Virus record (IMG/VR): IMGVR_UViG_3300021387_000463
Coordinates: 267,001-331,000 of that record
DNA length: 64,000 nt
Reading direction: 5' to 3' (one strand)
Origin: a virus
Lineage: Duplodnaviria > Heunggongvirae > Uroviricota > Caudoviricetes
Both the position numbers and the translations under genes were made by a program. Positions 54,897 to 64,000 of the stretch are shown piece by piece. Position 1 is the stretch's first letter. Each line of letters starts with the position of its first letter. Under the pieces are notes generated by a model. The model searched no databases. It was not told the origin of the DNA and was given only the letters and a program-made list of their open reading frames with translations.

Positions 54897-56030
54897 ATGA
54901 GTCTATTTCTAAAACTTTTTAATACAACAGCAGAATATAACGCTTATACAGCAGATACAAGCACTTTTATTAAACCAAATGTATCTGTATGCAAAGATGA
55001 TTTATCTCTTGTGTATTATAATCCACTCAGATGCGATGAAACAAGTGTATATGAGATTATAGGAGAACCTTCATATCCTTCTACTGTAGATGGTGCTGAT
55101 TCATCATTTGACATCGCTGTCAACTATAGAATAACCGATATTAATACAGCGTGTACAGAGACCGTTACAGAAGGAACTGATATAGTAACTGTAGAAATTG
55201 GTGTTAATCCAAGTGGAAGTGCAAGTAGGACTGTAAGCGGTACTGTTGATTATCACGGCACTGAGATTGAGTATAGTATTACTCAGAGCAAGTTTGAGGC
55301 AAAGATAACTGCTAAGTTCGATGTAACTGATACAAGTAATCCAACGCAAATTGGATATAATCAATATACAAGTGGTTTCAGTAAAATTGAGATTGACGGT
55401 GTTGCACAACCATCAGTCGTAAGTGCGTATACGTTTAGTACAACAGGTGAACATACAGTTAAGTATACATTAGCAGACCCAACAAGTATTGGTGCTTATG
55501 CTTTCACTAGTTGTAGTGGTCTTACAAGTATAGTTATACCAGATAGTGTTACAAGTATTAAAGGTAGTGCTTTCATGTATTGTAGTGGTCTTACAAGTAT
55601 AGTTATACCAGATAGTGTTACAAGTATTGGTAATAGTGTTTTCCAAGGTTGTAAAAGTCTTACAAGTTGTACAATAGGTAGTGGAGTTACAACTATTGGT
55701 TCTCAAGCTTTCAATAATTGTACTAGTCTTACAAGTATAGTTATACCAGATAGTGTTACAAGTATTAATGGTAGTGCTTTCATGTATTGTAGGGGTCTTG
55801 AAAGTTGTACAATAGGTAGTGGTATTACAAGCATTGGTACTCAAGCTTTCAGAGACTGTAGAGTTCTTACGAGTATAACAATAGAAGCAACAACGCCACC
55901 AACTTTAGGAAGTGATGTATTTTTTGATGCCAATAAGTGTACAATCTATGTACCAAGTGGTAGCGTAGATGCATATAAGGCAGCAAGTGGTTGGAGTACT
56001 TATGCAAGTAGAATACAAGCGATACCTTAA
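54897..56030 (+). CDS. BspA-type LRR protein (start revised to MSLFLK)
   Basis: C.GLTSIVIPDSVTSI...AF repeats; same cap as 40249; late motif at 54848. Confidence 0.9.
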   Translation: MSLFLKLFNTTAEYNAYTADTSTFIKPNVSVCKDDLSLVYYNPLRCDETSVYEIIGEPSYPSTVDGADSSFDIAVNYRITDINTACTETVTEGTDIVTVEIGVNPSGSASRTVSGTVDYHGTEIEYSITQSKFEAKITAKFDVTDTSNPTQIGYNQYTSGFSKIEIDGVAQPSVVSAYTFSTTGEHTVKYTLADPTSIGAYAFTSCSGLTSIVIPDSVTSIKGSAFMYCSGLTSIVIPDSVTSIGNSVFQGCKSLTSCTIGSGVTTIGSQAFNNCTSLTSIVIPDSVTSINGSAFMYCRGLESCTIGSGITSIGTQAFRDCRVLTSITIEATTPPTLGSDVFFDANKCTIYVPSGSVDAYKAASGWSTYASRIQAIP

Positions 56031-56035
56031 ATATA

Positions 56036-56066
56036 AGAAGGATAGTTCAAACGGACTATCCTTTTC
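56036..56066. terminator. Bidirectional terminator
   Basis: aaggatagt-tcaaacgg-actatcctt. Confidence 0.75.
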
Positions 56067-57089
56067 TTATGCTACACTGTTTCTTGTGTACCACTCATAG
56101 TACACCTTGCTATGGAACTTCCTATACTCAATATCCACCACCGTAGATAATGACAGTACATCGTTGTAGTCAAAGTGCTTTACAGCCTTCTTAAACATAT
56201 CGTGGAAACGATATGAACTCTTCTCTTCCCTTGTGTTCCAACGATACATCTGCTCGTCAATATAACGAGATAAGTAATCCTTACTTACCATATGGTAGGT
56301 AGAGAATACAACACGCTTAAAGTGTGCCCAAAAGCCCTCAATACCATTGGTGTGAATGTCATTGGACCTAACGAACTCACGCTTTCCGTGATTAACAAAC
56401 AAGTGGTCATAACCCTTCTTGGTAAGGTTATTGTAGATTGATGCCTCATCGGTGTAGGTAACAGTACCTTCCTTCACAAACTGCTCCACAATGGGCATAA
56501 GTGTTGCACCCTTGGTATCTTCCACCTTCATTGCTACAACCTTACCGTCACGCTGCAACATACCGAAGATAGGAGTCTTCGTCTTGGTTGAACGACCTTG
56601 TGTACCTTCAGTACGCTTGTCGTTATGCTTGTTGGTCTCACGACCACCAAGGTACATCTCGTCCATCTCAACCTCGCCATCAAGTTCGATTTCGTCAGTG
56701 ATACCATAGAGTCCACGAACCTTATGCAGAATGAACCAAGCAGTCTTCTGAGTAACTGCAAGGTCTCTTGCAAGCTGATGTGAAGATACGCCCTTCTTCG
56801 TAGAAGAAACAAGGTACATTGCCATAAACCACTTTCTAAGAGACAACTTGGTGTTCTCAAAGATAGTGCCAACGGTGACGTTGAACTTTCTCTTGCAGTT
56901 TGGACAGCTATAACGTCCATCCTTGCAAGAGTAGGTATGTGTGCAACCACAGTAGGGGCATACAGCCTCGCCATCACCCCAACGTTTCTGGGCGATAGCA
57001 GCCTTGCACTTGTCCTCAGTGTTGAAGTAGTCAACAAGTGCGATGAGTGAGTTGAACTGTGCGAAGTTGATGTGAAGTGTCTGTTCCAT
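56067..57089 (-). mobile_element. IS1595-family (ISXO2-like) DDE transposase
   Basis: Zn ribbon CPYCG..CPNC, GTIFENTKL.L.KWF, SS.QLAR.L.VTQKTAWF, VEMDEMY.GG, YTDE..IY, VNH, HTNGIEGFW, YIDE..YRWN. Confidence 0.92.
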
Positions 57090-57303
57090 ATGCCTTTTTT
57101 GCTTAAAATCTAATACAAATATAGGATTTTTCAACTATCGGAACAGTCTTCTCATACATATAAATGGACAAAATTTGCATTTTCATTTTACGTTGTAAAA
57201 TGAGAGTTTTAGTTAATACACCAAAAACTAATACAAAAAAATCTGCAAGATTTGTGACAGTCTTGCAGATTAATGTATATTTATTCAAAAGGAGCGACTT
57301 GTG

Positions 57304-57474
57304 TCAACAAGTATATCGTTCCCTTTTATTTTTAATAAGCCTTATTAATTCTCCATATCTACCTTCAAACACAAGTTCATCATCGGCATATAGTTTAAGG
57401 TGTGATATATTATCCTCTGTTGGCTCTGATTCAATTCTCCATTTTTTATCGCCAAACGTCCAAGTTGTTATCAT
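57304..57474 (-). CDS. Small hypothetical protein (56 aa), not in ORF track
   Basis: MITTWTFGDKKWRIESEP...RERYTC; ATGA-coupled to the glycosyltransferase stop. Confidence 0.5.
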   Translation of the reverse strand: MITTWTFGDKKWRIESEPTEDNISHLKLYADDELVFEGRYGELIRLIKNKRERYTC

Positions 57475-58991
57475 ATTGTGCTATTTTTTTGATTATACTT
57501 ATCTTCAGTTACAATAACAGGATATGTCTTTATCTTCTTGAATTTATACATCATGAATAGATTGGTACATCTTTCTCCGATATATCCACCAATTCTGTAT
57601 TGGTATTCCACAGTATCGTTTGGATAGAAGTCTTTGATATACTTTTCATAGTTATCATATATTCTCTTATTAATATCCATTCCAACTATTTTAAGGTATT
57701 CGTCAAGAATTGAGAATATGAAATCTATGTATTCCTTGAAATCTTCCCTTTTCATAATGAACATATTATACGGAATCAATATATTGCCGTTTATGAAGTT
57801 CTTCCACATATTTGCTTGTTCTGGATATTTCTCAGCAATGATTCCACCGATGATGTACAAGTCCTCAATGTTATGGCAAGATAAATATTGTGATTTCACA
57901 TTTGTCTTCAATATCTTTGGTTTTGCTACTATTGCATCATAATTAGAAAATATTTCATCCATATTTGGTACATCATCAAGGAATGAGAAATATCTTCTAT
58001 AATGGCAGAAACCTACATATTTTGGAAGTTCCAAATTATCAGCAACGTATCTGAATGGGTACAGTTCTGAATAGAAATCATCCTTTAATGGTAGTTTCGG
58101 TTCTATTTCTCTTGCGTTAATTATTTTATACGTTTCATTGTGTACTATTGGTTCAAATTCCTTATGGGTGCATATGAAGATTTTAAGATTTATATTGAGT
58201 AGTTTATCAATATATTCTTCTTTTTCTTTAGTTTTTTCATTAATTTTAAAGAAATAACCAATTCTGTCAACATTTTTTTTATAACTTTCAATAGTTCTGT
58301 CACCAAGCCCTTTTTTATATTTACCGTTAATAAATTCATCAATTGTTTTGGTGGGAAAATGCTTAATATATGCTAATTCAAAATTATAGGGTTCAAATGG
58401 GCTATTGCTGCAATTATCACCAATAGAGTTGCAATATTTTATGTTTGAAACAGTATGTGGCGTTTGATTCCATTTTACATTTTCAATACCACACCTAATT
58501 ATACTTTTGGTATGATTATTTTCTGGAAAGTTATATGTTACAGCCTTATCATATTCCATAGGTGTTGTAAAACGCTCCAAAACACCCCTTCCATCACTTT
58601 TTATGAGGTTATTGTCAGTGTATACCATCCAATTGATTTTAACACCCTGGAAGTCATCAAAACGGCTCAGATACGACTTGATATCCTTGTCCTTTACGAG
58701 TGTAAGGAACTCATCGAAGTCAAAGAACGCAATCCAATCATATTCCTTTCCATACCTTGAATAACAGTCGTTATAGGTAGATAGTTGCGCTACTTCTTTA
58801 TTCCTATAGTCAATGACAGTTACAAAACCGTCATTAATATATGTTTGAAGTACATCCTCAAAATGTTCTTCCACATCGTGGTTGTTGTCGTATATGAATA
58901 TCTTGTCGAAACCAATTGACTTGTAGTAATCAACATACTCAATGGCATATTGGTTCTCAAGCCTTCCAATACAGCATAATGCTACTTTCAT
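57471..58991 (-). CDS. Two-domain glycosyltransferase (GT2/GT92-like plus DUF4422-like)
   Basis: E.QY..EY..YY..IGFD.IFIYDNN, WIAFFDFDEF; second domain IFICTHK, YSEL, YVGFCHYRRYF, YNMFIMK, GYIGER. Confidence 0.85.
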   Translation of the reverse strand: MKVALCCIGRLENQYAIEYVDYYKSIGFDKIFIYDNNHDVEEHFEDVLQTYINDGFVTVIDYRNKEVAQLSTYNDCYSRYGKEYDWIAFFDFDEFLTLVKDKDIKSYLSRFDDFQGVKINWMVYTDNNLIKSDGRGVLERFTTPMEYDKAVTYNFPENNHTKSIIRCGIENVKWNQTPHTVSNIKYCNSIGDNCSNSPFEPYNFELAYIKHFPTKTIDEFINGKYKKGLGDRTIESYKKNVDRIGYFFKINEKTKEKEEYIDKLLNINLKIFICTHKEFEPIVHNETYKIINAREIEPKLPLKDDFYSELYPFRYVADNLELPKYVGFCHYRRYFSFLDDVPNMDEIFSNYDAIVAKPKILKTNVKSQYLSCHNIEDLYIIGGIIAEKYPEQANMWKNFINGNILIPYNMFIMKREDFKEYIDFIFSILDEYLKIVGMDINKRIYDNYEKYIKDFYPNDTVEYQYRIGGYIGERCTNLFMMYKFKKIKTYPVIVTEDKYNQKNSTI

Positions 58992-59033
58992 AATTTTCTA
59001 ATTAATATTTATATACAAATAATAATCTTTTAT

Positions 59034-59216
59034 ATGGATAATTCAACAGTTAATTGGGAAGAGGTGAGGATAAATGCATCCATCAATATTATGAATGCGA
59101 TATTGTCAAGTAGCATAATGGTATTCATATTTCAGTTCATCTTCAAGAGACAAGTGGCAGACATTGCTGTGGAATATGCTGATAGACTGGTTGAGGAGTT
59201 AAAGAAAAAGGGGTAG
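59034..59216 (+). CDS. Small hypothetical protein
   Basis: NWEEVRINASI..M.AIL...AVEYAD.LVEELKK; late motif at 59005. Confidence 0.6.
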   Translation: MDNSTVNWEEVRINASINIMNAILSSSIMVFIFQFIFKRQVADIAVEYADRLVEELKKKG

Positions 59217-59310
59217 GATATTTTGTGGGTGGATAAAGCCATCTTTTTTATTTTCATGAGGAATATTGGAAAACTATATAATATTTATTATTAATTAAAA
59301 ATATATTATT

Positions 59311-59874
59311 ATGAAAACTTTATCTACTAAATTAACCAATAAATATTATTATTTGAAAAATGGTGTAGTTTACGACATTTTATCAACAAAAAACGATGAT
59401 TGCGGTAAGTTAGGAATCTCTGGAAATTCTCCTACTGCTGATGAGGTTAAGATACCTTATATAACAGTTAAGAAGGGCAATGAAACGCCATACAATTTAT
59501 TCTTAGACACTTACATCGAGATAGGTGACACCTATGGAACTGAGTTTAAGAAGACTAGTTGTGGAGAAAGTGATAAGTCTTTATCTGCATATTACTATGA
59601 TGAGTGTGTAAAGGAAATTAAAAGACAAATCAGAATAAATCCAACTGCTGAATTTAAGTTGTTCAATGATGTAAAGACTTTATTGGGTATTCCTCCATTT
59701 ATGATAAAAAATAATGGTTATACTATCACTGGAACGACACAAATTGATTTTACTGAGGCTAATTTCAATACATATAAGAAGGCTGTTGTTGAAGAAGAGG
59801 CTTTAACTGCTGCTAATAATAAGGCTAATGAGTATAATTACAAAGCTACTGATGTTACAGTAGTTAAAAAATAG
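59311..59874 (+). CDS. Hypothetical late protein
   Basis: 187-aa ORF; late motif at 59282. Confidence 0.6.
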   Translation: MKTLSTKLTNKYYYLKNGVVYDILSTKNDDCGKLGISGNSPTADEVKIPYITVKKGNETPYNLFLDTYIEIGDTYGTEFKKTSCGESDKSLSAYYYDECVKEIKRQIRINPTAEFKLFNDVKTLLGIPPFMIKNNGYTITGTTQIDFTEANFNTYKKAVVEEEALTAANNKANEYNYKATDVTVVKK

Positions 59875-59954
59875 TGATTTGATGAATTAATCAAAGGCAC
59901 TAAATATTTATATATAGGAAAAATAACTAATAAAATTAAAATATTTCAAGAATT

Positions 59955-62900
59955 ATGGCAGATAATGCAAGAGGAATACATGTTTCACCAGGTATTTATA
60001 CTCGTGAGATAGACATCAACTACGCTGTTCGTAGCCTTGGAATCACCACACTTGGTGTTGTTGGTGAGACCTTGAAAGGTCCAGCTTTTCAGCCAATGGA
60101 CATTGCTAACTGGCGTGAGTTCCAAGAGGTGTTTGGTGGAACAAGTACAGAAAAATTCAAAGGAAGTCAATATCCTAAATACGAGTTGCCTTATATCGCT
60201 AAGTCTTATTTGAGCGAATCAGAGCAACTTAAGGTTGTTCGTGTTCTTGGTCTTAGTGGTTATAATGCAGGTCCTGCTTGGCTTGTTACAGCTTCATTAA
60301 ATGGTACAAATCCAGTTGCTGTTGCTGTAATCCGTTCAAGAGGTACATATAACCCATATGCAACAGGTGATACAAGTGGTTGCACTTGTGAGGAGTCAAA
60401 GTATGACGTTCTTAAATATTATGTTGGTGAGAAACCAAATAGTGGTCAAGTTGGAAACATTTGCGATAAGAATGGTTATAATATGAATGCTCTTCAGATT
60501 AAGGCTTATGTCCCAATGGACAGTAGCGGTAATGAGTGTGACGGTTATGGAATGAGTAGCGGTACAACTGATTTCTATATCTCTCAGAACAATCATGGTA
60601 GATTCAAGTTTGTTGGTGTAAAGGGTGTATATAACGAGAGTGAAGTTAACAACATCATTGCTAGTGGAACAAGTGAAAACATTGACCAGAGGCAAGAGGC
60701 TATTAAGATGGGTTACTTTGAGTACCCAGTAACTCTTAACCCATACGATAAGGAGTACATTCTTAACGTTCTTGGTTCAAAACCTTACGATGGTGATGCT
60801 CCAATCTTCGTTGAGTCTTTATATGACGTTGCTCTTGACCAAGCAATTGTTGAGGACAGAGTTAATAAGATTGATGACAGCTTGAAGCAGTTTAACGTAT
60901 ATTACACTGCTGATTATTGTCACCATGAGCCAGTTGGCGGACTTTTGACAATACCTGAAACGACACTTAGAAGAAAGCACGTTGGTTTGAGATTCTTGGC
61001 TGATACCAATTCAGTTGAGCTTGGTATTAAGGCTGTTCCTTATGACTACAAGAAGAATAAACCAGTTGATACAACTGACAAAGACCTTGGTGCAGTTGCA
61101 GTTATTCCTGGTCAGATTTACACCGTAAGACAATATACAAAGGCTGATGGTAAGAGAGATTATCACTACGGATATTATACTCAAGGATTTGAGGAAGCAA
61201 TCGCTAGTGGTATCGAAATGACCAACATCTACGGAAACCTTCAAAATGGTGGTACAAAGAAAAGCAATGGTAAGGAATCTAAGTTGGTTCTTAACACATA
61301 TGATGGTCTTTACTACAGAATGAATGAGGCAAAGGATGACGTTGCATTTGTTGAGCTTGATATGAATGATTACAAGTCAGCATACAGATATGCTTCAACT
61401 CCTTGGATTGTGTCTAACTTGAAGGGTGACTTCAACCATGTTGAGGTTAACAAGTTGTTCAGATTCCATACCATTACAGACGGTAACAACGCTAACTACG
61501 AGGTTAAGGTATCAATTGAGAATATTAGACCAGATGAAGGTGTATTCGATGTTGTAGTTCGTAGAGTTGATGATGCTGATGAGCAGATTGTTCCACTTGA
61601 GAGATTTGGAAGATGTTCAATGATTCCTGGAAATAGCAACTACATTGCATTTAAGATTGGTTCATTCGATGGTGTATACGAGTCAAAGTCTAAGTACATT
61701 ACAGTTGAGGTGAATGAGTCAACAGCAGCTAAGATGTCAGTACCAGCAGGTTTCTTGGGTTATCCAATACCTCAGTACAATGGTCTTCCAATTGACGGTA
61801 GCAGAAATAGTGTTGCATTCCCAACATTGAAATACAACAGATTCTTCGACCCAGACATCAAGAACAGAAAACAGTACTTCGGTCTTTCTTCATGGGTTGG
61901 AGTTGACATCGATAACTTCACCTTCAAGGGTAACAAGACATACATTGAGTTGCCTCAGTTCATGACAAGAGGTTTCCACCTTGATTCAAGACTTGACAGT
62001 CAAACTGGTGGTGCATACGTAAGTGGTATTACTGTTGATGGTGAAGCAGGATATGAGTTCGATGCAGTTTCTACAAACTCTAGAACATCTACATTGTCTG
62101 AACCACCAATCATCGGTACTGAAGACGATATGTATGGTTCAATCTATGAGTATGTAAATCTTCGTAAGTTCACCGTATTCTTCTATGGAGGTTTCGATGG
62201 ATGGGATGATTACAGAGACCAGAGAACCAATACTGATGGTTACAAGATGTCTCAATATAGAGGCTTCATCAACCAAGGCAGTGGTGAGGGTTACTCATTC
62301 AACAGAATCAAGAACCCAGACCTTCTACAGTTGAATCAGAATGGTATTACCTCTGACTGGTATGCTTACCTAAGTGGTATCAGACAGTTCTCTAACCCAG
62401 AGGCGACAGATATTAACGTATTCGCAACCCCAGGTATCGACTACGTAAATCAGAAGCTTCTTGTGGAGGAGGCAATCGAAATGATTGAGGAAGAAAGAGC
62501 AGATAGCATCTACGTTGTAACAACCCCTGATAAACCAAGTGGCGCAGGTGACTACGTTGATGAAATGTTCACTCCAGATGAGGCAGTTGGTAATCTTGAG
62601 GATTCTGAGATTGATTCTAACTATACTTGTACATATTATCCTTGGGTTAAGTATCTTGACCAAGATAACAATCAGTACATCTATCTTCCAGCAACTAAGG
62701 ATGCAGTTAGAAACTTCGCACAGACTGATAACACAGCTTACCCTTGGTTCGCACCAGCAGGTGTTGGACGTGGTAACGTTGACTGTGTAAGAGCACACTT
62801 CATCACTAAGCTTGGAGACGAGGATGTTCTTTACGAGGGCAGAATCAACCCAATTAAGACCTTCGCTCAAGACGGTCCAAAGATTTGGGGTCAGAAGAAC

Positions 62901-63236
62901 TTGCAGATTAACGAGTCTCAGCTCAACAGAATCGCAGTTCGTAGATTGCTTCTTAGAATGAGAAAGTTGATTGCAATCTCTTGTATCGGTCTTATCTTCG
63001 AGCCAAACGATGCTACTGTTAAGCAGTCATTCTTGTCAACAGTTACTCCAATCATGGATAGCATCAGAAGCAACAGAGGTATCTCTGACTACAGAATAGA
63101 GATTAATGATACAATCGAGTCAAGGGAAAGAAGAGAGCTTCCAGTGAAGATTTACTTCAAGCCTTACAATGCACTTGAATATATAACAATCGACTTCATC
63201 ATCACTCCAGAGGGAGTCTCGTTTGATGATATTTAA
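59955..63236 (+). CDS. gp18: Contractile tail sheath protein (T4 gp18-like)
   Basis: HVSPGIYTREID, GET.KGPAF.P, YYPWV, PWFAPAG..RG, LY..RINPI, IWGQK.LQ...S.L.RI.VRRLL, LEYI.IDF. Confidence 0.93.
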   Translation: MADNARGIHVSPGIYTREIDINYAVRSLGITTLGVVGETLKGPAFQPMDIANWREFQEVFGGTSTEKFKGSQYPKYELPYIAKSYLSESEQLKVVRVLGLSGYNAGPAWLVTASLNGTNPVAVAVIRSRGTYNPYATGDTSGCTCEESKYDVLKYYVGEKPNSGQVGNICDKNGYNMNALQIKAYVPMDSSGNECDGYGMSSGTTDFYISQNNHGRFKFVGVKGVYNESEVNNIIASGTSENIDQRQEAIKMGYFEYPVTLNPYDKEYILNVLGSKPYDGDAPIFVESLYDVALDQAIVEDRVNKIDDSLKQFNVYYTADYCHHEPVGGLLTIPETTLRRKHVGLRFLADTNSVELGIKAVPYDYKKNKPVDTTDKDLGAVAVIPGQIYTVRQYTKADGKRDYHYGYYTQGFEEAIASGIEMTNIYGNLQNGGTKKSNGKESKLVLNTYDGLYYRMNEAKDDVAFVELDMNDYKSAYRYASTPWIVSNLKGDFNHVEVNKLFRFHTITDGNNANYEVKVSIENIRPDEGVFDVVVRRVDDADEQIVPLERFGRCSMIPGNSNYIAFKIGSFDGVYESKSKYITVEVNESTAAKMSVPAGFLGYPIPQYNGLPIDGSRNSVAFPTLKYNRFFDPDIKNRKQYFGLSSWVGVDIDNFTFKGNKTYIELPQFMTRGFHLDSRLDSQTGGAYVSGITVDGEAGYEFDAVSTNSRTSTLSEPPIIGTEDDMYGSIYEYVNLRKFTVFFYGGFDGWDDYRDQRTNTDGYKMSQYRGFINQGSGEGYSFNRIKNPDLLQLNQNGITSDWYAYLSGIRQFSNPEATDINVFATPGIDYVNQKLLVEEAIEMIEEERADSIYVVTTPDKPSGAGDYVDEMFTPDEAVGNLEDSEIDSNYTCTYYPWVKYLDQDNNQYIYLPATKDAVRNFAQTDNTAYPWFAPAGVGRGNVDCVRAHFITKLGDEDVLYEGRINPIKTFAQDGPKIWGQKNLQINESQLNRIAVRRLLLRMRKLIAISCIGLIFEPNDATVKQSFLSTVTPIMDSIRSNRGISDYRIEINDTIESRERRELPVKIYFKPYNALEYITIDFIITPEGVSFDDI

Positions 63237-63257
63237 TTAATAAACAGATGGTTACAT

Positions 63258-63294
63258 AAAAATAGCAGTAATTCAGTTTACTGCTATTTTTTTT
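63258..63294. terminator. Bidirectional terminator
   Basis: aaaaatagcagtaa-ttcagt-ttactgctattttt. Confidence 0.85.
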
Positions 63295-63295
63295 A

Positions 63296-63808
63296 TTATA
63301 AATCAATCTTCATATTATATATTTCTCTATCGCCACTTTTAAAATACTCAAATCCGTGTCTTTTGTAAAAATATTCAAGTTCTTCTTGACAAAGGCAATT
63401 ATCGTGTTTGGCTATTTCTTCGATATTATCTGTAAATATATTACCAACTGTATATTGTTTTGCCAATATTTTGAACTTGAATCCGCTAAAGTTTGTCTTG
63501 GCAAAAGAGACAGCATTTGAAACTAATACCGAGCCGCATCCCAAACCCCTGTATTCCTTGTATACTTTTATATCTTCTCCGATAACACACTTATCATATC
63601 TATCTACACAGTGATGTGTTACTCCAATTAATTTATTTGTGCCTATGTGTCTCAAGGAAATGCCAAAACTATTCCAGCAGCACCATATACGTAATACCAT
63701 TGGGATTATTTCACCGTCTTTCTTGGTAAAATCAATATCTTCGGTGAATAAATATTCTTTTCCGTCATCACGAAGTTTCCAATTAATCTTGAAGTCTTCC
63801 TTATTCAT
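63296..63808 (-). CDS. GNAT-family acetyltransferase
   Basis: [13 protein letters not shown] (motif A), FYKRHGF (motif B). Confidence 0.85.
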   Translation of the reverse strand: MNKEDFKINWKLRDDGKEYLFTEDIDFTKKDGEIIPMVLRIWCCWNSFGISLRHIGTNKLIGVTHHCVDRYDKCVIGEDIKVYKEYRGLGCGSVLVSNAVSFAKTNFSGFKFKILAKQYTVGNIFTDNIEEIAKHDNCLCQEELEYFYKRHGFEYFKSGDREIYNMKIDL

Positions 63809-64000
63809 ATTTTTTTAAATATTTAGTATCTACATAATCTGTAAGCCAAACTCCATTGCTTGAAAGATAGAATTTTATACCATCCTTATACATTTGTTCA
63901 GAATCAATAACGAGGACATATGGCGTACCATGTCTAGAACCCACTTTTAAGGCTGTCTCTTCGTCTTTTGACAAGTGGACATATAATCTCTCACCCTTAA
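63801..64000 (-). CDS. kptA: RNA 2'-phosphotransferase KptA/Tpt1, C-terminal part (5' end beyond the window)
   Basis: Manual translation: [52 protein letters not shown]. Confidence 0.85.
   Translation of the reverse strand, partial: KGERLYVHLSKDEETALKVGSRHGTPYVLVIDSEQMYKDGIKFYLSSNGVWLTDYVDTKYLKKYE

Noticed and set aside
58992-59033. T4-type TATAAATA promoter driving the minus-strand glycosyltransferase
   Set aside because: It is the reverse complement of the plus-strand ATATTTATA ahead of 59034. Orientation at the other sites favours the plus-strand reading, though bidirectional use cannot be excluded.
1-64000. Alternative genetic code (TAG=Gln as in Lak and some crAss-like phages, or TGA recoding)
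   Set aside because: All hallmark genes are full length in code 11 and coding density is high. TAG (59216, 59874) and TGA (52756) act as plausible stops followed by intergenic sequence.
1-64000. tRNA/rRNA genes and a DGR reverse transcriptase or template repeat
   Set aside because: No cloverleaf or T-loop pattern was recognised in the short intergenic regions. No RT motif or second copy of the 52589-52756 region was seen by eye. tRNAscan-SE and self-BLAST were not run.

Overview
This window is a 64-kb segment of a large (probably jumbo) AT-rich T4-like myovirus of a Bacteroidota host, read in standard genetic code 11. Host evidence is eight textbook Bacteroidota sigma-A promoters (TTTG-N19/20-TAnnTTTG), SD-less AT-rich leaders, and Bacteroidales-type BspA, GH2 and lipoprotein genes. 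Positions 1-16.3 kb hold early/middle metabolic genes: dNMP kinase, thioredoxin, SF1 helicase, RlaP-like nucleotidyltransferase, Thg1, secreted SLT lysin, GNAT, ClpC, KTSC, MazG-like, ThyA and a PD-(D/E)XK nuclease. Positions 16.3-36 kb are the head module: candidate internal head proteins, TerL, portal, an inverted prohead protease, scaffold and major capsid protein. Positions 36-56 kb are a ~20-kb array of fibre, adhesin and enzyme cassettes (BspA LRR, YadA-like, GH2 glycosidase, CLec-type protein). Then come an IS1595 transposase, a glycosyltransferase, the tail sheath, a GNAT and a partial KptA/Tpt1. The most notable observations are: (i) a shared N-terminal 'IRLTESxL..I..ESV..IL.E' leader plus hydrophobic-x-E sites, suggesting capsid targeting of protease-released cargo including an NTase and a GNAT; (ii) a shared ~40-aa N-terminal module on three different surface effectors; (iii) an apparent DGR variable region with downstream hairpins but no RT or TR in the window; (iv) a likely -1 frameshift or slippage site (TTT-A9-C) extending a head protein; (v) a late-promoter motif ATATTTAT(A), the reverse complement of the T4 late promoter. 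All calls come from reading the sequence by eye; no searches were run.
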